From the IMG/VR virus record IMGVR_UViG_2667527788_000005: DNA of 64,000 nucleotides. One strand, 5' to 3'. This document shows, piece after piece, positions 56,045 through 64,000 of this stretch. The translations under genes and the position numbers were made by a program. Numbering within the stretch: position 1 is the stretch's first letter; every line of letters begins with the position of its first letter. This stretch comes from an uncultured virus (IMG/VR IMGVR_UViG_2667527788_000005). Its lineage: Duplodnaviria; Heunggongvirae; Uroviricota; Caudoviricetes. Under the pieces are notes generated by a model that did not search any database, had not been told where the DNA came from, and was given only the letters and a program-made list of their open reading frames with translations.

Positions 56045-56655
56045 TGGCCGCCGACAGGCCAGGCAAGGCGCACCGCGTACCGGCAGACCAGGTGCCCTCA
56101 CCGGCGGCCGACACTACTGCGCTGTCCCCGCGCGACGTTGCCGTCTGTGCGGCAGCTGACGACGCCGAAAATGGCGACCTCACACCAGATATGCAGGTCG
56201 GTCTCGACGCCGGACTGGACATCGAGCAGGCCGCGAAGGTCGCAGAAATGCGCGAGATACAGCGCGCATACCTGGAGCTGCTGGAGGTCATGGAGTACCC
56301 GGTCGACCAGAACGGGCGCGTCCACGACCTCAACCACATGTCCGCCACCATCCTCGCCATCGCCTGGACCGCAGTGCTGTACGGCTTCCGCCGCACCGCC
56401 ACCGCACACATCAAGAAGCGGCGCATGCACGGCCCAGGCATCTACGAGAACGCGTGCACATGGGTGGACGTCAACGCCCCCGATGACGCCGAACGAGACC
56501 TACAGCCAGGCGATTACAGCGACGACCGACTCCGCCCACCCGACGTCCGCGGCCTAGCCGCACGCCGCGACGGCGAGGGGCCAGTCGTGACCGCCGAGTG
56601 GCACACGAAACCAGAGGTCCGCTACACCGACGCACCCCGTCCCAAGGAGGACTAG
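56044..56655 (+). CDS. Tail-region protein (DUF2744-like)
   Basis: Synteny; GFRR...IKKR. Confidence 0.6.
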   Translation: MAADRPGKAHRVPADQVPSPAADTTALSPRDVAVCAAADDAENGDLTPDMQVGLDAGLDIEQAAKVAEMREIQRAYLELLEVMEYPVDQNGRVHDLNHMSATILAIAWTAVLYGFRRTATAHIKKRRMHGPGIYENACTWVDVNAPDDAERDLQPGDYSDDRLRPPDVRGLAARRDGEGPVVTAEWHTKPEVRYTDAPRPKED

Positions 56656-58059
56656 ATGACCGCACCGGTACCACCCATCGGCCTGATGGTGTACCTCAAG
56701 TCCCTGCTGACGAACACCCACATCTACGCCGTGGTGTCCGACGGCGCAACACCGGACCAGTACGCGGTCACCATGGAAATCCAAGGCGATCAGGCAACTT
56801 TGGTGGTTCCGGCTCTCATGGGGCCACAGGGTCCGGCCGGTACCAACGCCTTCGCCCTGCGCCTCCAGAAGTCGATGATCGATGACCCCGAGGACCTGCC
56901 GACCAACCTCCAGGACATCGAGGAGGACATCGGCAAGTACTGGATCATGAACCACTACGCCACCGTCAACGAGGTCCAGACGGTGACACTCAACGGCAAT
57001 CCCACCTCCTTCACCATCGCGTACGACGGCCAGCCGACCTCATCCATTGCCGGTAACGCCACCGCTCAGGCGTTCGAGGACGCGCTGGTTGCCCTGCCCA
57101 ACGTCTCGACCGGCGACGTCGAGGTCGTCGGCAACCCCGGCGGCCCCTACACGGTGACCTTCGCCGGTTCCAAGGCCGGTATTGGGCAGCCGCAGATGAC
57201 CGGCACGCCCACCGGCGGCACCAGCTCCTCCGTGGTCGTGACAACCGAGCAGGAGGGCGTCACCAACCTCATCGGGTCTCGCGCCTACATCTGGTTCGGT
57301 ACGGAGTACCGCATCCTGATGATGGGATCGGAAGGCCCCCCGGGGCGGGTGCCCCAGATCAGCTGGAGCGTTGAGCTTCTCCCGCCGGAGGGCGCCCAAG
57401 ACTCCTACGTCCACCAGACAGGGTCGCCGTACGCGCCGTCGTGCCGCCTGTACTTGAAGGTCCCGCGGGGCCCGCAAGGCGTTGCCGCCAGCCTCGGGCA
57501 GGCCCCGGACGTCGACATGTCCACCCCGCCACAACACCTCCAGGTTCTGGGCTTCGACGAAAACATCGGGGCATCCGGTAAGTGGCGGCCCATGTCCATT
57601 GGGTCGATCCTGCCTAGGCCGTTCACGGTGCCCGAGGCAGCGTTCACCAACTTCCAGGGCTTCTCCACCCGGGCACCCATCGGGTCCTTTGCCATTCCCG
57701 CGCAACCGTTTCCGTGGAAGCCGATTGTGTTCGGGAAGATCAAGGCGACCGGCGTGGAGCTGGATCAGGACCCGCTCATCATCGGCTGCGAGGTCCGGCT
57801 GGGACACCCCACCTCCGGCCAACTCATTGCCCGCGGTTTCGGCAACACCTCCCAGTGGGCGCACATGTCGCCGCACGCGTCGACGCCGTCCGACCCCACC
57901 ATGGCCTTCACGCCGGACAACACCTACGCCCTGGTGCCTGCCAACCACACCGGCAACCAGGGCACCGTCTACGTCAACCTGTACAACGACGGCCTCGCCG
58001 GTGCCTACCTGTTCGACAAGGCCAACGCCCAGCTGTACGTCGAGGTCATGCCGGTCTAA
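56656..58059 (+). CDS. Minor tail protein
   Basis: Short collagen-like GPQGPAG; NEVQTVT module. Confidence 0.8.
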   Translation: MTAPVPPIGLMVYLKSLLTNTHIYAVVSDGATPDQYAVTMEIQGDQATLVVPALMGPQGPAGTNAFALRLQKSMIDDPEDLPTNLQDIEEDIGKYWIMNHYATVNEVQTVTLNGNPTSFTIAYDGQPTSSIAGNATAQAFEDALVALPNVSTGDVEVVGNPGGPYTVTFAGSKAGIGQPQMTGTPTGGTSSSVVVTTEQEGVTNLIGSRAYIWFGTEYRILMMGSEGPPGRVPQISWSVELLPPEGAQDSYVHQTGSPYAPSCRLYLKVPRGPQGVAASLGQAPDVDMSTPPQHLQVLGFDENIGASGKWRPMSIGSILPRPFTVPEAAFTNFQGFSTRAPIGSFAIPAQPFPWKPIVFGKIKATGVELDQDPLIIGCEVRLGHPTSGQLIARGFGNTSQWAHMSPHASTPSDPTMAFTPDNTYALVPANHTGNQGTVYVNLYNDGLAGAYLFDKANAQLYVEVMPV

Positions 58060-60575
58060 TGCCTCGGTCAGTCGATCTGGTCCCACAGAACTTCAAGACG
58101 GAATACGACCCGACCAACCAACTCGCCCAGGACCCGGCCCTCAAGAAGACCATCAACAACCTCGGCGACGTCCTCAAGCAGCTGCCGGTGATGATCCAGA
58201 AGGAACTCCAACGGCTCATCGACTCGCTGCTGGGCATCGCCACCAACCCCATCCCCGAAATCATCGAGTGGTTGGACGAGCTGAAAAAGGGCATCGCCAA
58301 CGTCCTGTCGTGGATCAAGCCCGGACTGCTGCCACTCATTCCCTTGTCACAGATCGGCGAATGGTTCCCGAACCTGCTTCTCAACGGCGGCTTCGACACC
58401 GACGCCGCGGTAGCCGACAACCCGGACTGGTTGTGGGACGGCACCATCGGCCGCACCAGCCCATTGGGATCGGTCAAGGCCATCATGGCAGGGACCGCAA
58501 AATACCTGCACTCCAACGCCATACCGGTGGCCAAGAAGCAGCACCTGGAACTGGAGGTATTCACCCGCTGGCAGGGCCTTGCCGCCGGTGCTGGCACCAA
58601 CCCCATCCGGCTGGTCGTCACCTCGTACCTGGCGGGCAACCCCGTCTCGTCGACAGTGGTTGCCCAGCACCAACCGTCGGCGGGGGACAGCAGCGGATGG
58701 GTGGAACTGCACGGCACCTACACCGTTCCCGACACCGGCGTCGACGAAGTCCGCACCACGCTCCTAGTGACCGGCGACGCCACCGCGGGCACCGTATGGT
58801 TCGACGACGCCGACACGTGGAAGACCGGGAAGCTCCCGCAGGACTACGTGCAGGATCTGGTCACCCAGCTGGAGCAGTTCGGCACCGATATAGGCAACGC
58901 CCTGGAGGAACTGGCGCACAAGGTCGGACTGGACCGATTCAAGGAGTTCTTCGACACCGTCGCCGGTCAGGTCAACGCCGAGATCGGGGATGTCCAAAAC
59001 CGTCTCGCCGCAATCACCGCTGACGGCAAGATCGACGCAGCAGAGATCCTGGGTTTGCTTGGCCTAGGCAATATCCCGCTACTCCCGCAGACCAAGGTCA
59101 CTGATCTACCCGACCTCAACGCCCAGCTGAACCAGATACGGGACATCTTCGCCGGGCTTGTTGTCACACCCATCAACTCGACCATCCAGGCCGTCAAGGA
59201 CTGGTTCGGGCTGAGCAACAACAAGACTCAGAAGCTCACCGCGGGCGGGACACTGAACGCGGGCGATGTCGTCGGCAATTTCGACATGGGCCGGGTCAAC
59301 GATCTGGTCAGCAACCTCGGCGACATGCTTACCGGAGTCAAAACCGGCGCCGACGGAACAGCCACGAGCACAACGGGAACCATCGGCGAGCAGATCAACC
59401 AGGCCAAGGAATCACTGCTATCGCTGCTCGGCCTATCCCGCGATGCACTCAAGAGCGCCATCGCGGCGCAGACCACGCTCCAAGAGCAGGAAACCGAGCA
59501 GAACACCGGTGGCGGCAACAGCTACAGCTTCACCTTCTCGGGTGCCGACGGCGCCGCACTGAACTCGACGGACTGGACCACCGGCCCCAACCCCGGCGAC
59601 ATCACCATCCGCGGGGACTCCGGGTATGCAGGCGTCAAGAACGGCAACCCCGACGGGTACTTCTTCGCCAGCCCCAACTACACCTACGCCACCGACGGCC
59701 AATCGGCCTCATTCGTGCTGGGCGACACCCAAAACGGCAACTACTACTCCGGTGTCTACATCCGATGCGACTCGGGCCGCACCCAGGGCGCCTACTGCCT
59801 TGCGAAAGAGGGCGAAATCCGCATCGGCAAGTTCACCCGCTCGGGCAGCAGCTGGTCGTTCAACACGCCGCTGACACTGCAAACCGGGCTCTCGGCGGTC
59901 AAGCAGGGCGCCCGCATCGAGATCCGCTGCTCAGGCACCAACTACTTCGTGCGCGTCAACGGCCGCCAAATCCTCTCCGCCACCGACGCGAGCAACACCA
60001 TCAACATCGGTGCCGAATACCGGTATTCGATGTTCAGCGTGCAGCGGGCAAGCCCGTTTTTCACCTACGACTCCTACCGCATCGCCGCGTTCGCGATGTC
60101 CGACTACACCTCAGCGGGAGCGGGATTCTCGATGTCAAACTCATGGAGCATCAGACGCGACAGCACCGCCGACGTCACCTACGGCCCCTACACATCCGGC
60201 GCATTCCCGTCCGGCTTCTTCACATTCAACGACTACACCACCGACGTCACTCTCGACGACCTCGGCACGGCCCGCATCGAGATCGCCACGACCGGCCTCT
60301 ACCGCATCAACACCACCTACCGATCGGTCACCGCCAAGGGCACGTCTGTGCCCTACTGGACGCTGTACAAGAACGGCACCCGCATCACCGGCGCTATTCC
60401 CTCGGGGTGCCCCTTCGAGCTTCCGCTCGTGGCGGGAGATGTCGTACAGCCAGGATTTATCGCGGTCGACTACGACATCCGGTCCAACGGCTCAACAGGA
60501 TCGGAAACCGTTGTCTCACGCAGCATCACAGCCCTATCCGGCATAGCCACATTCGACGGCCGCCGAGTCGCATAA
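58059..60575 (+). CDS. Minor tail protein (receptor-binding candidate)
   Basis: NLLLNGGFD carbohydrate-binding-like module; C-terminal beta-sandwich-like domains. Confidence 0.8.
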   Translation: MPRSVDLVPQNFKTEYDPTNQLAQDPALKKTINNLGDVLKQLPVMIQKELQRLIDSLLGIATNPIPEIIEWLDELKKGIANVLSWIKPGLLPLIPLSQIGEWFPNLLLNGGFDTDAAVADNPDWLWDGTIGRTSPLGSVKAIMAGTAKYLHSNAIPVAKKQHLELEVFTRWQGLAAGAGTNPIRLVVTSYLAGNPVSSTVVAQHQPSAGDSSGWVELHGTYTVPDTGVDEVRTTLLVTGDATAGTVWFDDADTWKTGKLPQDYVQDLVTQLEQFGTDIGNALEELAHKVGLDRFKEFFDTVAGQVNAEIGDVQNRLAAITADGKIDAAEILGLLGLGNIPLLPQTKVTDLPDLNAQLNQIRDIFAGLVVTPINSTIQAVKDWFGLSNNKTQKLTAGGTLNAGDVVGNFDMGRVNDLVSNLGDMLTGVKTGADGTATSTTGTIGEQINQAKESLLSLLGLSRDALKSAIAAQTTLQEQETEQNTGGGNSYSFTFSGADGAALNSTDWTTGPNPGDITIRGDSGYAGVKNGNPDGYFFASPNYTYATDGQSASFVLGDTQNGNYYSGVYIRCDSGRTQGAYCLAKEGEIRIGKFTRSGSSWSFNTPLTLQTGLSAVKQGARIEIRCSGTNYFVRVNGRQILSATDASNTINIGAEYRYSMFSVQRASPFFTYDSYRIAAFAMSDYTSAGAGFSMSNSWSIRRDSTADVTYGPYTSGAFPSGFFTFNDYTTDVTLDDLGTARIEIATTGLYRINTTYRSVTAKGTSVPYWTLYKNGTRITGAIPSGCPFELPLVAGDVVQPGFIAVDYDIRSNGSTGSETVVSRSITALSGIATFDGRRVA

Positions 60576-60596
60576 CCCCATAGAGAGGCGTCAGCC

Positions 60597-60761
60597 ATGG
60601 CCACCACGTTCACCATGCCCGAACTGCCCGGCATCACCTTCACCGCCGAGCGCGGGGGCCTGGACCCCGACGGGAAACTCAACCCGTCCTGGATACAGAT
60701 CACCGGCACCAGCGACGCAGACGGTCAGATGGTCTCTTGCATAGGATTTGCCGGTCCGTAG
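60597..60761 (+). CDS. Small hypothetical protein (54 aa)
   Basis: RBS GAGAGG; fills gap exactly. Confidence 0.62.
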   Translation: MATTFTMPELPGITFTAERGGLDPDGKLNPSWIQITGTSDADGQMVSCIGFAGP

Positions 60762-61895
60762 ATGAGTTGGACCACCAACCCGCAACCGGAATCATCAGAG
60801 CCGCAATTGGGTTGGTGGAAGGAACCACCACAGACACAGCAGCAAGAGCCGGTCACTGGCTGGTTCTGGATGCCCGATAGAACAGCCTCCCTCACCGCTG
60901 AGGGCACCATGGCCGTCGACGTTGCGCAGGTGTACACCGTCGGTGCCGACATGGCGGGAGCGGGCGCCCTCACCGCCCAGGTCTCCCAGATATACGGCAT
61001 TACAGCGGGATACAACGGGGCGGGCGCACTGGCGGCCGATGTCCGACAGCTGTACCAACGTACGGCCGCCTTGGCTGGCACCGGCAGCATGTCAGTAGAT
61101 GCGCGGGTTCGCCTAGACCGTCTGGCGCAACTGGCTGGTGCAGGCACGCTGTCGGCGCAACTACTCCAACAGTTCACCCGAAGCGCCACATTCGGCGGCG
61201 GGGGTACCTTGGCCGCACAGGCAGCGCAGGCGTACGCCCTGGGCGCGGCTCTCGCTGGTGCAGGCACGCTGGCTGTCCAGGTAGCCCAGAAGTACCAACT
61301 AGGTGCGGCATTCGCCGCAACCGGCACCCTCCAGTGCGGCGCAGCGTTCCCGGCGATGTCCCCGGTACGCACCGACATCACAGCGACTGGGTCCTACACC
61401 TACAACATCCCGTACTGGTGCCGCTACATCGACTACGCGTACCTACCCGGTGGTGGCGGCGGTGGCGGCGCCCAATTTTCCTTCACACCAGCACAGGGCG
61501 GCGATGGTGGCCAATGGGTGTACGGAACCTGGGAGCGCGGCGTTGATTTCCCATGGACCGCCACACAAATCACCGGCTCCATCGGAGTCGGCGGCACAGC
61601 GGGCACCGGGGGAGGTAACGGAGGCAACGGCGGCCCCACAACCGGCATCGTCAACGGCTCCACCCTCGTCACCGCACCTGGCGCAACGGGACGCGGCGGC
61701 ATCGGCACACAGTCCGGCGACCCCGTCGGCGGCGGAAACGCCAACTCCAACCGCGACGTCTCCCTCAACGGCCAGACCTACACCGGCGGCACAGGCGACG
61801 GCGCCGCTCCCGGCTCAGGCGGCAAGGGCGGCGGCGCATTCAGCAACGGCAACGCGGGTGCCCGCGGCGAAGCCCACTTCTACGCAAGGCAATAG
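60762..61895 (+). CDS. Glycine-rich minor tail protein
   Basis: About 20-aa repeats (LAGAGTLxA) then GGGGGGG domain. Confidence 0.78.
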   Translation: MSWTTNPQPESSEPQLGWWKEPPQTQQQEPVTGWFWMPDRTASLTAEGTMAVDVAQVYTVGADMAGAGALTAQVSQIYGITAGYNGAGALAADVRQLYQRTAALAGTGSMSVDARVRLDRLAQLAGAGTLSAQLLQQFTRSATFGGGGTLAAQAAQAYALGAALAGAGTLAVQVAQKYQLGAAFAATGTLQCGAAFPAMSPVRTDITATGSYTYNIPYWCRYIDYAYLPGGGGGGGAQFSFTPAQGGDGGQWVYGTWERGVDFPWTATQITGSIGVGGTAGTGGGNGGNGGPTTGIVNGSTLVTAPGATGRGGIGTQSGDPVGGGNANSNRDVSLNGQTYTGGTGDGAAPGSGGKGGGAFSNGNAGARGEAHFYARQ

Positions 61896-61903
61896 GAGAC
61901 CAC

Positions 61904-62254
61904 ATGGCAATTCAAGTACCCCAGACGCGGCAATCCCTCGCCGACGCATGGAAAGCTCTAGGCAACTGGTTTGGGTGCGCGACCGGCGCCCCCGGCACCT
62001 CACAGACACCCTCCAACGAGTCCACCGGCGGCGGCTACGCCCGCGCCCAAACCACCTGGACATCCGGCTCAGGCGGAAACGTGACCGGCTCCGCGGTCAG
62101 CATCGCAGTCCCGGCATCCACCATCACCCACGCCATCATGGCGTCCGCCGCAGCAGTCGGCGCAGCCAACATGATCGACAACTGCGCCGTCACCCAAGCC
62201 ATCTTCTCCACCCCGGGCAACGTGGTTCTCACCCCTTCGCTGGGGATCGCGTGA
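61904..62254 (+). CDS. Minor tail/fibre-associated protein
   Basis: PG....NESTGGGYARAQTTW. Confidence 0.72.
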   Translation: MAIQVPQTRQSLADAWKALGNWFGCATGAPGTSQTPSNESTGGGYARAQTTWTSGSGGNVTGSAVSIAVPASTITHAIMASAAAVGAANMIDNCAVTQAIFSTPGNVVLTPSLGIA

Positions 62255-62601
62255 CCGTACCAGCCAAAGCCGACGGAATACTGCAAGTCGTCGTGTGGCC
62301 CGTCTACATCGGGCTGGCGGGTGAAGACGGCCGCGAACCCCTACACCCGGAGTATCGCCGCGGCCAGATCAATTGGCAGCCAACCCCCAATGGCACTATC
62401 GAGGGCTCGGCAGTCGTCCACACCCCCGCGGGCCGGTACCCGTTCTTCACGTACTGGATGGAGCCGACAGGCGGCGCGCCGGTGGGAATGTCCCAACCCG
62501 AGCACCCTCTGGTATTCGACATCCGAACGGTAGTCGATATCCGGCCCATCAAGAACGGCGACCTATTCGTCTCCAACGAAATACGGCGCGCTGGACTGTG
62601 A
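62251..62601 (+). CDS. Minor tail-associated protein
   Basis: EP...EYRRGQINW, similar to preceding gene. Confidence 0.62.
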   Translation: MTVPAKADGILQVVVWPVYIGLAGEDGREPLHPEYRRGQINWQPTPNGTIEGSAVVHTPAGRYPFFTYWMEPTGGAPVGMSQPEHPLVFDIRTVVDIRPIKNGDLFVSNEIRRAGL

Positions 62602-62795
62602 TACGGGAAGTGCTCGCTCTCTGCGACGAGTACGGAACCGACCTCCCCGCCTTCAACGAAGGCCACCCCGAGGACCGGTGTCCGATCTGCGGACGCCCCG
62701 TCGTCGACCACACCATCCGCGGCGGCATCACAGCCAAGTGGCCCCACCGCCGGGCCGTCCTATTCAGCGCCCTCGTTCTCTGGCGTCTCCCCTAA
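62598..62795 (+). CDS. Hypothetical protein
   Basis: GTGA coupling; CPICG. Confidence 0.5.
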   Translation: MIREVLALCDEYGTDLPAFNEGHPEDRCPICGRPVVDHTIRGGITAKWPHRRAVLFSALVLWRLP

Positions 62796-62811
62796 AGCAT
62801 TGGAGCACAAC

Positions 62812-62946
62812 ATGTTAAGTCAGGGTTCCCGTTCCCACGCCCTCGCCATTTTGGCCGGAATAGCGACCGGCGCTCTCGTCGGTATAGGACTCGGCATCGC
62901 CCTGTTCGTATACGAGGCCAAGCACGACATGGAAGCGAGCTACTGA
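62812..62946 (+). CDS. Small membrane protein preceding lysin A
   Basis: RBS GGAG; one TM helix. Confidence 0.58.
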   Translation: MLSQGSRSHALAILAGIATGALVGIGLGIALFVYEAKHDMEASY

Positions 62947-62947
62947 C

Positions 62948-64000
62948 ATGTCCTTCACCTGGCTCGCAGACCACCCACTGCGCACCCGGGAACAAGTAGC
63001 ACGTGAAATACATGCCGTCGCACTACAACGCGGCCTAGACGAGCTAGCCACCGTCATCGCCTGCATGACCGTAGCCGTTGAAGTCGGAGCTGACGACGAC
63101 GACGGAAACCGCCAATGGTGGTGCCCCGCAAACCAATCAGACTCAGAGACGCTCAACTTCCCGCACGACTCAGAATCCGATGACGCGGACTCATCCGGCT
63201 ACTTCCAACAGCGTCCCCCATGGTGGGGCACACCCGCACAACGCATGACACTCGCCCAATCCGCCGACCTTTTCCTGAGTCGACTGTCCGGCGACTACCA
63301 CACCGCAGCCGGAAATCCCGCGCTGGCAGGGCAATTCGCCCAGCGCGTCCAGGGATCGGCATACCCCGACCGCTACGCGCAGCACTGGGACGAGGCGTGG
63401 GACGTCGTGCGCCGCGCCCTCGCAACCACACCACCCGAAGGAGACAACGTGGGCTACACAGGAGACCCCGTCTGGCTGGAAGACGTACTACGCGCAGCAC
63501 TCGGCGACCGACTGGTCGTCGAGGCAGGCTGGAAAGACCGCGGCACCGGCGGCCAGATGGGCGACATCTGGGGCGTGATGATCCACCACACCGGCAACGA
63601 CCGGGAGACCGTCGCAGGCATCCGCGACGGACGCTCCGACCTCGCCGGGCCACTGTCGCAGTGCCTCATCACCCCAGACGGCAAGTGCCATCTCATCGCA
63701 GTCGGCCCCTGCAACCACGCCGGGATCGGCAAATATCCAGGCATCGCCGCCAACACCGGCAACCAGCGGCTCATCGGCTTCGAATGCGCGTGGCCGACCA
63801 TCCAGCCGGACGGCAGCTTTGACAAAGGACAGCGGTGGCCGGACGCACAGATCATCACCATGCGCGACGCGACCGCCGCCGTCCTCACCAAGCTCGGCTA
63901 CGGCGCCGACCGCGTCATCGGCCACAAGGAGTATGCGACCGCCGCACCCAACGTGAAGTGGGACCCGGGCAACATAGACATGGGCTGGTTCCGCGGCGAG
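62948..64000 (+). CDS. lysA: Lysin A (N-terminal domain + amidase_2), truncated by window end
   Basis: Manual translation: MSFTWLADHPLR...SSGYFQQR...GVMIHHTG...CNHAGIG...IGFE...VIGHKEY...KWDPG. Confidence 0.88.
   Translation, partial: MSFTWLADHPLRTREQVAREIHAVALQRGLDELATVIACMTVAVEVGADDDDGNRQWWCPANQSDSETLNFPHDSESDDADSSGYFQQRPPWWGTPAQRMTLAQSADLFLSRLSGDYHTAAGNPALAGQFAQRVQGSAYPDRYAQHWDEAWDVVRRALATTPPEGDNVGYTGDPVWLEDVLRAALGDRLVVEAGWKDRGTGGQMGDIWGVMIHHTGNDRETVAGIRDGRSDLAGPLSQCLITPDGKCHLIAVGPCNHAGIGKYPGIAANTGNQRLIGFECAWPTIQPDGSFDKGQRWPDAQIITMRDATAAVLTKLGYGADRVIGHKEYATAAPNVKWDPGNIDMGWFRGE

Larger units (their letters stand above)
1..64000 (+). mobile_element. Temperate siphoviral prophage (mycobacteriophage-like), incomplete at right end
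   Basis: att/tRNA, repressor/cro switch, recombination and replication genes, HK97 head, long tape measure, lysin A. Confidence 0.97.

Noticed and set aside
58059..61895. Diversity-generating retroelement acting on tail proteins
   Set aside because: No reverse transcriptase and no TR/VR repeat pair recognised.

Overview
High-GC actinobacterial (most likely Mycobacterium) temperate siphovirus prophage. The window starts at the left attachment junction, the 3' half of a tRNA-Arg(ACG)-like gene. A leftward repressor ORF reads through this att core and stops at base 1, the layout of integration-dependent immunity; no integrase is in the window. Next come a Cro-like gene and a long rightward early operon (ParB-like, antirepressor, DnaQ, HNH, RecE/RecT-like, SPFH, DUF2303, cupin-DUF550 fusion, DUF5131, phosphoesterase, 2OG oxygenase, replication initiator). 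The central accessory island (24-33 kb) holds a putative toxin-antitoxin pair, a secreted protein and the most striking element: six tandem, mutually divergent Y-RNA-like ncRNAs with permuted tRNA-mimic modules directly upstream of a Ro60/TROVE gene and a small HTH gene. Four promoters in this island share one palindromic site (STATAS-N4-STATAS). The right part is an HK97-like late region (Acb2/Tad1-like gene, kinase-HNH, ParB-methylase, terminases, portal, protease, capsid, tail, tape measure, minor tails) and a lysin A cut off by the window end. All family calls are motif recognition by eye, not database results.
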